Assembly: GCA_947476215.1 (NCBI GenBank)
Contig: CANJQI010000006.1
Location: forward strand, 1 to 60,343
DNA: 60,343 nt
From: Betaproteobacteria bacterium
GTDB taxonomy: Bacteria; Pseudomonadota; Gammaproteobacteria; Burkholderiales; SG8-41
Direction of reading: 5' to 3'
Positions 19,112 through 29,207 of this stretch are shown here, in pieces (the stretch's first letter is position 1; each line of letters opens with the position of its first letter). The position numbers and the translations under genes were made by a program. The notes under the pieces are model-generated. The model ran no database searches. It saw only the letters and a list, made by a program, of their open reading frames with translations, and had not been told where the DNA came from.

Positions 19112-20491
19112 TCAGCCCTGCATGTCCTGTATCTTCGTCAGCTTGACCAGTTTGCCGACGGATTTTTTCTTTTCGATGGACTTCACCAACGCCAAAAGCT
19201 TCTTCTGGGTGTCCGGCGTCAGGAGCTTGGCGGTGAGCGTCGTAAACTTGGCAACCGCCTGATCCCAACCCGGATCCGCAATGTCGTCATCCAGGCTGCG
19301 GCGGCATTCCGCGATCACGGTTTCGCCATTCTTCATGGTCGCGGTAAGGCGGCAGCAACGCGTTTCCGGCGCAAGATCCGCAAACTCGTCGGGCAGCTCT
19401 ATGCTGCATTTGTCGATCAACTCGACGACATCGCGATCCCGGAATCGTCCGCTATCCATCATGTGCGGCGTGATGGTGCCGTCCAGCAACGCCATGGCGA
19501 CGGTGCAGGGCAATGAATGATCGGCGGTTTCGCGCGTTTCCGGTTTCCATACCTCGGGCAGATCGACCCAGCGCTCGAATGCCTGGCGGATCGATTCGAT
19601 TTTCAACGCTGCAATATCGTGAACGTTGACCATGCCGCGCAGTTTTTGCGCAGTAAACACCGGCACCTGACAATTGAAACGCGTCGGAAAGGATTTGATC
19701 ATGGTCTGGCGCACGGCAAATACGTGATCCTTGAAATCGACCGGGATGGGCAGATCGTATCGCTCGCCGCCCATCATCTGCTTCCACAACCCAAACTTGC
19801 CTTCAAACACTTCGTCGGGCCCGGTCATGCCTTCCCGCGCCAGATACGCCGCGAATACGCCGGCGCGGGCGCCCTGCGGACCGGCCATGCCTTTCCACAT
19901 CGAGAGTTTGCCGGTGCGCGTCTGGTTCAGGGCAAGGTTAGGCGTAATCGCCAATGCGATCGCATGGTACATCTGCGTCTCGTTGAGTTTCAGCAATCTG
20001 CTGCAGCCCAGCGCCGCACCCAACGCCACTACCGGCGTCTGGTCCCAACCATGATGATTGTACGGAACCACTTCAACGAAACGGCATTGCACTTCGTAGA
20101 TGATGGCGGTCGCAAGCAGCAGATCCGCTCCAGACAATCCCTCCGCTTCAGCCACCGCGAGAATTGCGGAAAACGCGTCGGCCGGATGACTGACGGCCGC
20201 CATTACGGACGTGTCGCTCATGTCCAGACTGCGCACCATGGCGGAATTGACGAACGCCGCCATGTCCGGCGTAGTCTTCGTGGCGGAGCCAAAGATACTC
20301 GCCGGCGGATTCCCCTTGACACGATCGGCCAGCTTGCGAGCGATGCGCACGGGCTCCAGATCGAATGCGGCAAGGCTGACGGCTATGGTGCTGACGATAC
20401 GCGCCTTGGCTGCCTTGATCGCGACTCTCGACAAGTCCGACAACTGCAGGCGGGACGTAAAATCAATTAGCTTTTTTGCGGTGATATCCAC
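19112..20491 (-). CDS. MmgE/PrpD-family protein (methylcitrate dehydratase-like, divergent)
   Basis: AAFVNSAMVRSLDMSD, SHPAD, RTGKLSMWKG, ETADHSLP. Confidence 0.88.
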   Translation of the reverse strand: MDITAKKLIDFTSRLQLSDLSRVAIKAAKARIVSTIAVSLAAFDLEPVRIARKLADRVKGNPPASIFGSATKTTPDMAAFVNSAMVRSLDMSDTSVMAAVSHPADAFSAILAVAEAEGLSGADLLLATAIIYEVQCRFVEVVPYNHHGWDQTPVVALGAALGCSRLLKLNETQMYHAIALAITPNLALNQTRTGKLSMWKGMAGPQGARAGVFAAYLAREGMTGPDEVFEGKFGLWKQMMGGERYDLPIPVDFKDHVFAVRQTMIKSFPTRFNCQVPVFTAQKLRGMVNVHDIAALKIESIRQAFERWVDLPEVWKPETRETADHSLPCTVAMALLDGTITPHMMDSGRFRDRDVVELIDKCSIELPDEFADLAPETRCCRLTATMKNGETVIAECRRSLDDDIADPGWDQAVAKFTTLTAKLLTPDTQKKLLALVKSIEKKKSVGKLVKLTKIQDMQG

Positions 20492-20528
20492 TGGTGTTTC
20501 TCCTGTAAGTGTTTTTCAATCGCTTTTG

Positions 20529-21266
20529 CTACTCGGCCAAGTGCGCGACTACAAAAATAAACGCCGCTCCCAGACACGTAAGTGCGATCAGGCTAAGCGT
20601 GGTCGACGATTGATTTTGCGAGTGCGCTTCCGGCAGGATGTCGGAAGCGCCTATGTAAAGCAGAAAACCGGCAAAGAATCCCAGATACAGCATCAGCACC
20701 GGCGGTGAAACCTGGATGAATAATGTACACAATACGCCGAGCACGGGGGCAACCGCATCCAGCAACAGCATCGCAACCGCGCTGCGCGTCGTATTCTTGT
20801 GCATCAGCATGAGGCTGACGGTGTTCAGGCCGTCGCAAAAATCGTGCGCGATGACGGCTATCGCGACCACGATGCCGACCGATTCAGAGACCTGAAACCC
20901 GAGCCCTATGGCGATGCCGTCCATGAAGCTGTGGCCGGCCAGCGTAATCGCCGATAGCACGCCCACCTTGGGGTGCCGATGCGACGCGTAATCGGCCTCA
21001 TGAACGTTGTGTATCAGCACGAACTTCTCAAGGCCGTGGAACAGCAGGAAGCCCACGACCATCGCTATCATCGCGCCGGTGGCATCAAGCGACTGCGCAT
21101 GCGCCAGATGAAATATCTCCGGCAGTATGTGAAAACTCACCACGCCGAGCAGCACGCCGGCGGTAAAGCTCAATATGTAATGCAGGTGATCGCGATATCG
21201 GAGCGCGAACAAGCCGCCGACGCAGGTCGACACGAACGCCGCTATCGTCAATAAAACGGCGCTCAC
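20529..21266 (-). CDS. ZIP-family divalent metal transporter (ZupT-like)
   Basis: SFTAGVLLG, ILPE, HSFMDGIAIG, VIAHDFCDG, DILPEAH; GTG 21266 preferred start. Confidence 0.9.
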   Translation of the reverse strand: MSAVLLTIAAFVSTCVGGLFALRYRDHLHYILSFTAGVLLGVVSFHILPEIFHLAHAQSLDATGAMIAMVVGFLLFHGLEKFVLIHNVHEADYASHRHPKVGVLSAITLAGHSFMDGIAIGLGFQVSESVGIVVAIAVIAHDFCDGLNTVSLMLMHKNTTRSAVAMLLLDAVAPVLGVLCTLFIQVSPPVLMLYLGFFAGFLLYIGASDILPEAHSQNQSSTTLSLIALTCLGAAFIFVVAHLAE

Positions 21267-21291
21267 CGCGGGCACCGGCCAAAACGCTTGA

Positions 21292-22482
21292 TCACGCGCA
21301 CGCCTGCGCGATAGCAACTCGACATGTCAATCCTTTTAAGTAATCGCCTTCGGGAAACGCCAGCGCCACCGGGTGATCGGCGCCAGGACTCATATGCCCC
21401 ACAATCTGCGCATCGACCCCCGCATCCAGCGCCGCACCCGCGACTATCTTTTGGAACAGTTCGCGCGACACACCGCCGGAGCAGGAAAACGTGAATAATA
21501 AACCACCCGGACGGAGCAACTTGAACGCAAGCAGGTTGATATCCTTGTAAGCACGGGATGCTTTTTCGGCGTGCGCAACAGTGGGTGCGAATTTGGGTGG
21601 GTCAAGGACGATCAAATCAAATTTGCGCGCCTGGTCGCGCAATTTGCGCAACATCTGGAAAACGTCGCCTTCCAGGCATTCGGGCTGCGCAAGTTCATTA
21701 TGCGCCACGTTGCGCTTCAACAGTTCGAGCGCCGGGCCGGAACTGTCCATCGCGGTGACCGTGGCCGCGCCGCCGGCAAGCGCCGACACGCTGAAACCGC
21801 CCGTGTAGCAGAAACAATCAAGCACTTCGCAGTTTGCCGCGAGCGCGCGCACTGCCGATCGGTTGGCACGCTGATCGAGATAGAAACCGGTCTTGTGTCC
21901 GCCATCGACGTCGACTTCAAATTTCAGCCCTGATTCATCGACAATCAAGGGCGCGGGCGGCGGGAAACCGCGCAGCAAGCCCGTAACCGGCTTTAATCCT
22001 TCGCGCGTGAGCACGTCGGAATCGGAGCGTTCAAAGATCGTCGCCGGCCGCGCCAGTTCAAACAAGGCGTCCGCAATCGTTTCGCGCCAGTACATCGCAC
22101 CGGCGCTCGATAGTTGCAACACCACAACATCCCCGTAGCGGTCTGCAACGACACCCGGCAAGCCGTCCGATTCGGCGTGCAACAACCTCATGGCCGGACA
22201 GTCCGGCAACAGGCGCGCGCGCAGAGCGAGCGCGGCAGCTATCCGCTCGCGGAAAAACGCTGCGTCGATGTCCCGCCGCCGCCAGTCCCACACGCGCGCG
22301 AGAATTTGCGACTGCGGGCTGTACGCGGCAAGCGCCAGAAACTCACCGTCACTGCTGTGTACCTCCAGCGTTTCGCCGCTGGCGGGCGTGCCGGATATTC
22401 TGGAAACCGCGCCTGAAAACACCCATGGGTGGCGACGCTTCAGCGATTTCTCGCGACCGGGATTAAGGATGAGTTTATTCAT
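21292..22482 (-). CDS. rlmI: 23S rRNA m5C1962 methyltransferase RlmI
   Basis: GREKSLKRRHPWVFSG PUA, HAESDGLPG, GHKTGFYLDQR, LDPPKF, FSCSG, FPEGDYLK. Confidence 0.92.
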   Translation of the reverse strand: MNKLILNPGREKSLKRRHPWVFSGAVSRISGTPASGETLEVHSSDGEFLALAAYSPQSQILARVWDWRRRDIDAAFFRERIAAALALRARLLPDCPAMRLLHAESDGLPGVVADRYGDVVVLQLSSAGAMYWRETIADALFELARPATIFERSDSDVLTREGLKPVTGLLRGFPPPAPLIVDESGLKFEVDVDGGHKTGFYLDQRANRSAVRALAANCEVLDCFCYTGGFSVSALAGGAATVTAMDSSGPALELLKRNVAHNELAQPECLEGDVFQMLRKLRDQARKFDLIVLDPPKFAPTVAHAEKASRAYKDINLLAFKLLRPGGLLFTFSCSGGVSRELFQKIVAGAALDAGVDAQIVGHMSPGADHPVALAFPEGDYLKGLTCRVAIAQACA

Positions 22483-22496
22483 TGGGAATCTTTTTT

Positions 22497-22736
22497 ACCG
22501 CCAAGACGCCAAGGCCGCCAAGAAAATCCAGGGCCAAAACGAAAATGAAAAGATGTTGGGCGCTGGACGTTTCTGGAAATTGTTCATTACGTGAACATTG
22601 CCCGTGCTCAACCTAAGTCCCTTCGGAGAATTGTTTCCCCATCCATACCACTCAAATGGATGGGGCCCCAAAGGGAGTCGATCCATTAAAAAAAATGTCT
22701 TTCGCTTTTCCTTGGCGGCCTTGGCGTCTTGGCGGT
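22497..22736. repeat. 240-bp element bounded by perfect 26-bp inverted repeats (MITE-like)
   Basis: ACCGCCAAGACGCCAAGGCCGCCAAG at 22497-22522 and its exact reverse complement at 22711-22736; internal 10-bp hairpin at 22637-22665. Confidence 0.85.
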
Positions 22737-22746
22737 TCAACTCCAA

Positions 22747-23748
22747 CTAATCCACATGCGCGCCCGACGCCTTGACCACCCGTTGCCATTTGGCGAGATC
22801 GGTTTTGATCAACCCCCGAAACTGTTCGGGCGTGCTGGTCACGACGTTATATCCCTGCGCCAGGAGTTTTTCCCGGACGTCGGGCAATTGCAGAATACGC
22901 ACGATTTCCTTGTTGAGTTTATCGATGAGAACCCGGGGCATGCCGGCGGTTGACAGTACGCCGTACCAGGCTTGCGCTTCCACGGCGGGAAATCCCGCCT
23001 CCGCAAAGGTAGGAATATCGGGCATGGTGGCTTCGCGTTTGGCACTCGCCACTGCCAACCCTTTGAGCTTGCCCGCGCGCACCTGCTGGATCACCGCGCC
23101 TGGGGCACTGAACATCATCTGCACCTGACCCGCAAGTACGTCGGTGATTGCCGCACCATTTCCTTTGTACGGAATGTGGACGATCTGCGTTGCCGTTTCC
23201 ATTTTGAACAGCTCGGCCACCATATGCCCTACAGTTCCGTTGCCGGCGGATGCATAATTGAGCGTGGCCTTTTTCGACGTCGCCAGCGCCACCAGTTCCT
23301 TCACCGAGCCTGCCGCCACGGACGGGTGTACGACGAGCATGTTGGGTGCCGTCGCAGCCATCGTAATGGGCGCGAAGTCCCGCAGAGAATTATATGGCAA
23401 ATCTTTGAATAAAAAAGGATTTACCGCAAGATTGCCGACATAACCCATGAGCAGTGTGTAGCCGTCCGGAGGCGCCTTTGCCACCATGTCGGTACCGATG
23501 TTTCCACCGCCGCCGCTGCGATTGTCGACCACCATGGATTGTCCCCACGTTTCAGTGAGCTTCTGGCTGATGACGCGTCCTAACAGGTCTACGCCGCCTC
23601 CCGGCGAAAATGGCACGATGAAGCGGACAGGCTTGCTCGGGTAGGTCTGTCCTGATCCTGTCACGGCAGGCTGCGCAAGCGCGAGGGTCCACGCCGATAA
23701 CGATATGGTCACAATCATCGCCCGCCCAAAATCAAGCTTCATGCTCAT
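22747..23748 (-). CDS. Bug/TctC tripartite tricarboxylate transporter substrate-binding protein
   Basis: YPSKPVRFIVPFSPGGGVD, DNRSGGGGNIG, PPDGYTLL, HIPYKG. Confidence 0.93.
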   Translation of the reverse strand: MSMKLDFGRAMIVTISLSAWTLALAQPAVTGSGQTYPSKPVRFIVPFSPGGGVDLLGRVISQKLTETWGQSMVVDNRSGGGGNIGTDMVAKAPPDGYTLLMGYVGNLAVNPFLFKDLPYNSLRDFAPITMAATAPNMLVVHPSVAAGSVKELVALATSKKATLNYASAGNGTVGHMVAELFKMETATQIVHIPYKGNGAAITDVLAGQVQMMFSAPGAVIQQVRAGKLKGLAVASAKREATMPDIPTFAEAGFPAVEAQAWYGVLSTAGMPRVLIDKLNKEIVRILQLPDVREKLLAQGYNVVTSTPEQFRGLIKTDLAKWQRVVKASGAHVD

Positions 23749-23843
23749 TTCTCCTTGCGCTAAATTCCGGCCTGCGTGTTGCGCGGCGCGAATTGCGACC
23801 GCTCGTACACGCAGAGTTAAACCGGCGCCTTACGTCCGGGCCT

Positions 23844-23893
23844 GGAGTGCATAACAAAATGAAACGCGCGTGTTTCATCTTGTTATGCACTCC
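23844..23893. repeat. 22-bp-arm palindrome (1 mismatch) overlapping the xerC stop; REP-like or terminator-like
   Basis: GGAGTGCATAACAAAATGAAAC-gcgcgt-GTTTCATCTTGTTATGCACTCC. Confidence 0.75.
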
Positions 23894-24827
23894 TGACTCT
23901 TTTTGCTCGTGGATGCGCCGCGTCGTAGGCCTTGGCCAGATACTGAAAGTCCAGATGCGTGTACACCTGCGTGGTCGATATGCTGGCGTGGCCCAGCATT
24001 TCCTGCACCGCCCGCAAGTCGCCGCTCGACTGCAGGACATGCGACGCAAATGAATGGCGCAGTTTGTGCGGATACACATCGCTGTCGAGCCCCAGCTTGA
24101 GCGCCCAGCTTTTCACCCGGTTCTGTATCGTGCGCGGACTCAGGCGCGCACCGTTGCGATTGACGAATAATGCATTGTCTCCGTCGACCTTGATAAATGC
24201 ATCGCGCTGGGCGAGCCACTTGTTCAGGGCGCTGATGGCATGCCGACCGACCGGAACAATACGCGTCTTGCTGCCCTTTCCCGTCACCTGCACGGTCGCA
24301 TCGCTGAAATGAATATCAGCCGGCGCAAGCCCCGTCAGTTCAGACAGGCGCAAGCCCGACGAATAGAACAGTTCGAAAATCGCCTTGTCGCGAATAGACC
24401 ACGCGTCGTCGCACGGAATCTCCATCAGACGCGCCGCTTCTTCCGGCGACAGCGCCTCAGGCAGGGCTTTTTTGGCTTTGGGCGCGCGCAACCCAACGCA
24501 CGGGTTGTTGGTATACCCATGATCGCGCGCGAGGTAGCGGAAAAATCCCCGCCACGCCGACAACATGCGCGCCAGACTTCTGCCATCCAGGCCTCGTGCA
24601 TGCAATTGCGACACAAAGCGCCGCACCTGATGTATCTGAAGTTGTGCCAGAGGCGTTGAGCGGGAGAGTTCCAGCAACGCGGTGATATCGCGCCCGTAGT
24701 TGAGAGTGGTATGTGGACTGAGCCGCCGCTCGTTGGCAAGATGCGCAAGGTAAGCGGCGCGCAAATCCCGTGTTACCCCGTCTGTGGCACCGCGATCCTT
24801 TCCCCCTCCTGACTCATCACTCATCAC
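23883..24827 (-). CDS. xerC: Tyrosine recombinase XerC
   Basis: ERRLSPHT, YSSGLRLSEL, GKGSKTR, PHKLRHSFASH, VQEMLGH, TQVYTHLDFQYLAKAYDAAHPRA; follows dapF-DUF484. Confidence 0.95.
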   Translation of the reverse strand: MMSDESGGGKDRGATDGVTRDLRAAYLAHLANERRLSPHTTLNYGRDITALLELSRSTPLAQLQIHQVRRFVSQLHARGLDGRSLARMLSAWRGFFRYLARDHGYTNNPCVGLRAPKAKKALPEALSPEEAARLMEIPCDDAWSIRDKAIFELFYSSGLRLSELTGLAPADIHFSDATVQVTGKGSKTRIVPVGRHAISALNKWLAQRDAFIKVDGDNALFVNRNGARLSPRTIQNRVKSWALKLGLDSDVYPHKLRHSFASHVLQSSGDLRAVQEMLGHASISTTQVYTHLDFQYLAKAYDAAHPRAKRVRSA

Positions 24828-24849
24828 TCATCACTCATCACTCATCACT
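24812..24849. repeat. Heptamer tandem repeat (ACTCATC)x5 overlapping the xerC start
   Basis: Five exact units plus ACT. Confidence 0.9.
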
Positions 24850-24866
24850 GGACCCGCCCTCACTCT

Positions 24867-25517
24867 TCAATATGCAAGATATCGCTGCAATGACGCGGCG
24901 ACAAGCTCGCCTATACGCTGTTGATAGAGCATACCCATATCGGGATAGAAGCGCTGCGCATCCTCACTTGCCATCGCGAGCAGGCCGAATGCCCGCTCCG
25001 TACGCAGGCTGATGTAGGCAAACGAGCGTAATAACAACGCCTGTTCGCCAAACCAGCTTGCGGTGTCGACCATGGCGTGCGCGCTGCAATATGGATGCGC
25101 CAGACTCTCCGCGAAGTCGCGCGATTCGGCACTGACCGCAGAAAACTCCGGAAGTTGCGGGTGTTCGCCTTCGCTCCATAGGCGTAACACCGTATGCGGC
25201 ACGGCGAAATCTTCGCGCAGGTGCAAGTAGATGGACTCCGTCACACCTTGCACATCGCGCGCCTTTATCAAGCCTAACGTAAGCCTGTGCAATTTCTCGC
25301 TGAGAGCGTCGTTTTCCTCCCCGAACACGATCAGCTCGCGCAGTTTGCTCTCCAGTTGCTTGCCTTTGTCGCGCAGCGCCAGTATCTGCCGCTCGCTGAT
25401 CGAAATCGCGCGCCCGCCATGCGGATGCGGCATGAAGACCGTCGCCAGAAAATCGGCATGTTCTTCAAAAAACTCAGGATGCTGTTTGAGATATTCGACT
25501 ACGCCATCAGGTGTCAT
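24867..25517 (-). CDS. DUF484 (YigA-like) protein
   Basis: YLKQHPEFF, PHPHGGRAISISERQ, RFYPDMG; canonical position between dapF and xerC. Confidence 0.9.
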   Translation of the reverse strand: MTPDGVVEYLKQHPEFFEEHADFLATVFMPHPHGGRAISISERQILALRDKGKQLESKLRELIVFGEENDALSEKLHRLTLGLIKARDVQGVTESIYLHLREDFAVPHTVLRLWSEGEHPQLPEFSAVSAESRDFAESLAHPYCSAHAMVDTASWFGEQALLLRSFAYISLRTERAFGLLAMASEDAQRFYPDMGMLYQQRIGELVAASLQRYLAY

Positions 25518-25527
25518 GCGCCGCCCT

Positions 25528-26364
25528 TTATGATTCCAGTTCCATTTCGCCTTCGAAAACAGACTCGGCCGGACCGGTCATCATGACCGGCCGCCCTTCC
25601 CCTTCCCATGATAACCCGAGGTCGCCACCGCGCGTCGTTACCGTGACGCGATTATCCAGCAATCCGCGCTGTATGCCCGCCACAACCGCGGCGCAAGCGC
25701 CCGTGCCGCAAGCCAGCGTCTCCCCGGCGCCACGCTCAAATACCCGCAGCCTGATGTGAGCACGATTCATCACCTGCACGTACCCGGCGTTAACCCGCTG
25801 GGGAAATCTGGAATGCACTTCTATCAATGCGCCCTCGCTCGTCACCGGCGCGCGGTCAAGATCGCTCACCACCTGCACGGCATGCGGATTGCCCATGGAG
25901 ATCGCACTGATTTCGACCTCCTTGCCGTTGACGTCCAGACTATAGGTCGTCGCCCGGCGACCGGCTTCAAACGGGATGCGCGATGGCTCGAATTCAGGCG
26001 CTCCCATGTTAACCGTGACCCGGCCATCCGCCTCAAGTCGCGGCGCGATCACGCCACAGCGCGTCCCGACACGGATTTCATCCCGGTCAGTTAGCCCGTG
26101 GTCGCGCACGAAACGCACGAAACAGCGTGCGCCATTGCCGCACTGCTCGACCTCTCCCCCATCGGCATTGAAGATGCGATAGTAATAATCCGTATCGGTC
26201 TGGCGTGGCTTTTCCACCAGCAATATCTGGTCGCAGCCGACGCCGAAATGACGATCCGCAATGTGGCGCAACTGTGCGGGGCTGAGTTCGATAGGCGCAC
26301 GCGTTGCGTCCAGCACGACAAAATCGTTGCCCAGACCGTGCATTTTTGTGAACTTGATTTTCAT
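25528..26364 (-). CDS. dapF: Diaminopimelate epimerase
   Basis: [37 protein letters not shown]. Confidence 0.98.
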   Translation of the reverse strand: MKIKFTKMHGLGNDFVVLDATRAPIELSPAQLRHIADRHFGVGCDQILLVEKPRQTDTDYYYRIFNADGGEVEQCGNGARCFVRFVRDHGLTDRDEIRVGTRCGVIAPRLEADGRVTVNMGAPEFEPSRIPFEAGRRATTYSLDVNGKEVEISAISMGNPHAVQVVSDLDRAPVTSEGALIEVHSRFPQRVNAGYVQVMNRAHIRLRVFERGAGETLACGTGACAAVVAGIQRGLLDNRVTVTTRGGDLGLSWEGEGRPVMMTGPAESVFEGEMELES

Positions 26365-26380
26365 TTCCCGAGAATTGCCA

Positions 26381-26911
26381 TTATCCGATCTGTTTCACCA
26401 TGATGTAATCGTCCATGACAAAACCATCGCCGATATCCTTAACGACAGCGTCGACAGTGCGAAAACCATATTTTTCATACGCGGCAATCGCCCCATGGTT
26501 TTTCTTGTTTACTGCAAGGGTAAGCCGGCGGCTACTGTTCCGACGGGCGACCGTTTCCACCCTCGTGAGCATCAGTCGGCCATAGCCTTTACGCTGTTGC
26601 TCGTGATGTATATATAGCTTGTCGAGCTTCATTCCCGCAGCGCCCGCGTTCAGGAAATACGAGGCAAATCCCCGCATACAGCCCGCAATCAGCAGCTGAT
26701 CCCACCATAAGTCGTTGCGCATCAGCTCCGCGCACAATACGTCCGGACTATAACGTTGCGCGAGCATGTAGTCTATCTGCGCCGTTCCGATAATGTCCGC
26801 GTAGTGGCGATGCCAGATCTCGGAAGCGAGAGTACGCATCTCGTCGATGTCGTCCATCCCCACTGAGGAGATCTTCGGTACGTCGCTTGCGACCTCTTTA
26901 CTATTCACCAC
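26381..26911 (-). CDS. GNAT-family N-acetyltransferase
   Basis: KLDKLYI, QQRKGYG acetyl-CoA motif, [25 protein letters not shown]. Confidence 0.9.
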   Translation of the reverse strand: MVNSKEVASDVPKISSVGMDDIDEMRTLASEIWHRHYADIIGTAQIDYMLAQRYSPDVLCAELMRNDLWWDQLLIAGCMRGFASYFLNAGAAGMKLDKLYIHHEQQRKGYGRLMLTRVETVARRNSSRRLTLAVNKKNHGAIAAYEKYGFRTVDAVVKDIGDGFVMDDYIMVKQIG

Positions 26912-26918
26912 TCACTCC

Positions 26919-27794
26919 TCACCTTGCCGCATACAGATCAGGCTCACCCTCCGGACGCGTCTTAAAGCGCCTGTGCAGCCAGTAATATTGCTCGGGCATT
27001 TCTCGCACGCGTTCCTCGATAAATGCGTTCATGCGCAATGCGTCGGCCTCGACATCGGTACCGGGAAAATCCGTCCACGCCGGATAAAGCGTTACGACGT
27101 AGCCTGCGCTGTCGGGCAATTGCCGCGTAACGCAGGGCACGATCACAGCGCCCGCGAGGCGTGCAATGCGCGCGAGCCCGGTGATCGTGGCCGCGGGTAC
27201 ACCGAAAAACGGCGCGAAGACAGAGTCGCGCCGGCCCAAGTCCATGTCCGGCAGGTAATAAAACGGTTCGCCCGACTTGAGCGACCGGATCATCGGACGT
27301 ATGCCGTCCTGGCGCGCGAACAACGTAGTTTGGCCGAAACGCGTGCGGCCATGGATCAAGATGGCGTCGAACGCCGCACTTTTCTGGCGGCTGTAGACCG
27401 AATTGAGCCGAAATTCCGATGCAAGGCGGATGCCACCCATGTCGAGCCCGACAAAATGCGGTGCGAGGAGTATGACGGGACGGCCGCCTGTGTTGCGCCA
27501 GTGTTCGATACCTTCGACGCGTACCAGTGCCTGCACGCGTGACCGGGAACCCCACCACAATATTCCGTGTTCCAGCGCGCTGCGCCCGAACGCCTGAAAG
27601 TGGCGGCGCGTCAGCGCGCTGCGTTCCGTCTCGCCCAGTTCCGGGAAACACAGCCTGAGGTTAGTCATGACGACACGGCGCCGCGCCGGTGCCAGCACGT
27701 ATAGCAGCAGGCCAAATGCCGCACCAACCCGCGATAGCACAGCCAAGCGCAGAAAATGCAGCAGCCATATCAGGCCCAACCCTAGCCGCGCCAT
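26919..27794 (-). CDS. lpxL: Lipid A late acyltransferase (LpxL/HtrB family)
   Basis: NLRLCFP, PHFVGLD, YLPDMD, PFFG, PEQYYWLHRRFKTRP. Confidence 0.88.
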   Translation of the reverse strand: MARLGLGLIWLLHFLRLAVLSRVGAAFGLLLYVLAPARRRVVMTNLRLCFPELGETERSALTRRHFQAFGRSALEHGILWWGSRSRVQALVRVEGIEHWRNTGGRPVILLAPHFVGLDMGGIRLASEFRLNSVYSRQKSAAFDAILIHGRTRFGQTTLFARQDGIRPMIRSLKSGEPFYYLPDMDLGRRDSVFAPFFGVPAATITGLARIARLAGAVIVPCVTRQLPDSAGYVVTLYPAWTDFPGTDVEADALRMNAFIEERVREMPEQYYWLHRRFKTRPEGEPDLYAAR

Positions 27795-27900
27795 AAAGTT
27801 CCGCCGATCCGTGTCGATATGATAGAAATAGGTATCTGATTAAATACGCCGGCTACTATTGTATAATGCGGGCCTTTGTCAGTTCCCTGGAAAATACGCC

Positions 27901-29061
27901 ATGAGCGAATTTCTGTTTACTTCCGAGTCCGTTTCCGAAGGACATCCCGATAAGGTCGCTGACCAAATTTCCGATGCGGTGCTGGATGCCGTCTTAGCCC
28001 AGGACAAACTTTCGCGCGTTGCCGCGGAAACGCTGGTCAAGGACAATCTGGTGGTGCTAGCCGGGGAAATAACCACTGGTGCCAAGGTGGACTTTGCCGA
28101 GGTTGCACGCAAAACGATCAAGCGCATAGGCTATACCGATCCGGCTATCGGTTTCGACGCGGCAACCGCGACGGTCCTTATTCAATACGGACAGCAGTCG
28201 CAACACATCGCGCAAGGCGTGAACGAAGGCCAGGGAATTGACCTTGATATGGGCGCGGGCGACCAGGGACTTATGTTCGGCTACGCTTGCGACGAAACCC
28301 CGCAATTGATGCCACTCGCCATCCACCTTGCGCACCGCCTTGTCGAACGCCAGTCCGAATTACGCCGCGACGGCCGCCTGCCATGGCTTCGTCCCGACGC
28401 GAAGTCGCAAGTGACGATCAAATACGTAGACAACAAGCCGGACTCGATCGAAACCGTGGTGCTCTCCACCCAGCATCAGCCGGGCCACACGCACAAGGAA
28501 ATTGAAGAAGCCGTTATCGAACAGATCGTCAAGCCGGTACTGCCCAAGCATCTGGTCAAGGGCCAGATCAAGTACCTGATCAACCCGACCGGCAGTTTCG
28601 AGATCGGCGGACCCAAGGGCGACTGCGGGCTGACCGGACGCAAGATCATCGTCGACACCTATGGCGGCTCCGCCCCGCACGGCGGCGGCGCATTCTCGGG
28701 CAAGGACCCATCCAAGGTTGACCGCTCGGCGGCCTACGCGGCACGCTATGTCGCCAAAAACGTTGTTGCCGCAGGCCTGGCGACGCGCTGCACGGTGCAA
28801 GTTTCGTATGCAATAGGCGTGGCCAAACCGACCAGCGTGATGATAACGACCTATGGCACGGGCAAGATATCCGACGACAAGTTGTCGGCACTGGTGTCGA
28901 AGCACTTCGACCTGCGACCGAAAGGCATAATCCAGATGCTCAATCTGTTGCGCCCGATTTACGAGAAAACCGCTGCCTATGGGCACTTCGGGCGCGACGA
29001 GCCGGAATTCACCTGGGAAGTTACCGACAAGGCGGCGGCCCTCAAGGCTGACGCAAAATAG
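27901..29061 (+). CDS. metK: S-adenosylmethionine synthetase
   Basis: [38 protein letters not shown]. Confidence 0.98.
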   Translation: MSEFLFTSESVSEGHPDKVADQISDAVLDAVLAQDKLSRVAAETLVKDNLVVLAGEITTGAKVDFAEVARKTIKRIGYTDPAIGFDAATATVLIQYGQQSQHIAQGVNEGQGIDLDMGAGDQGLMFGYACDETPQLMPLAIHLAHRLVERQSELRRDGRLPWLRPDAKSQVTIKYVDNKPDSIETVVLSTQHQPGHTHKEIEEAVIEQIVKPVLPKHLVKGQIKYLINPTGSFEIGGPKGDCGLTGRKIIVDTYGGSAPHGGGAFSGKDPSKVDRSAAYAARYVAKNVVAAGLATRCTVQVSYAIGVAKPTSVMITTYGTGKISDDKLSALVSKHFDLRPKGIIQMLNLLRPIYEKTAAYGHFGRDEPEFTWEVTDKAAALKADAK

Positions 29062-29096
29062 CCGTTGCTACAGAGTATTTATGTAATTAATCGTTG

Positions 29097-29175
29097 CCGT
29101 TTCGAGGAGCGCTGCGACCGGGAGTAATCCCGGCCAGGCTCGAAACATCAGGCTATTCCAGCAACGGCGCTCACG
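29097..29175 (+). ncRNA. SAH riboswitch
   Basis: GTTTCGAG-GAGCGCTGC...CCAGG-CTCGAAAC with CCGGGA/TCCCGG inner stem and downstream AACGGCGCTC pseudoknot partner; directly upstream of ahcY-metF. Confidence 0.93.
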
Positions 29176-29207
29176 AACTTTTTTCTTTTACAGGAAAGGA
29201 GCGCGTG

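Noticed and set aside
22495-22746. 83-aa ORF as a real protein
   Set aside because: Both ends derive from the inverted-repeat arms and the interior has no recognisable motif
23844-23893. Integron attC or dif site next to a tyrosine recombinase
   Set aside because: GCATAAC to GTTATGC spans only 40 bp with no extrahelical L-box bases; no XerD arm; the recombinase is a syntenic XerC without the IntI insertion
8832-24849. Short repeats as CRISPR arrays
   Set aside because: They are 7-bp tandem units without spacers, and there are no cas genes
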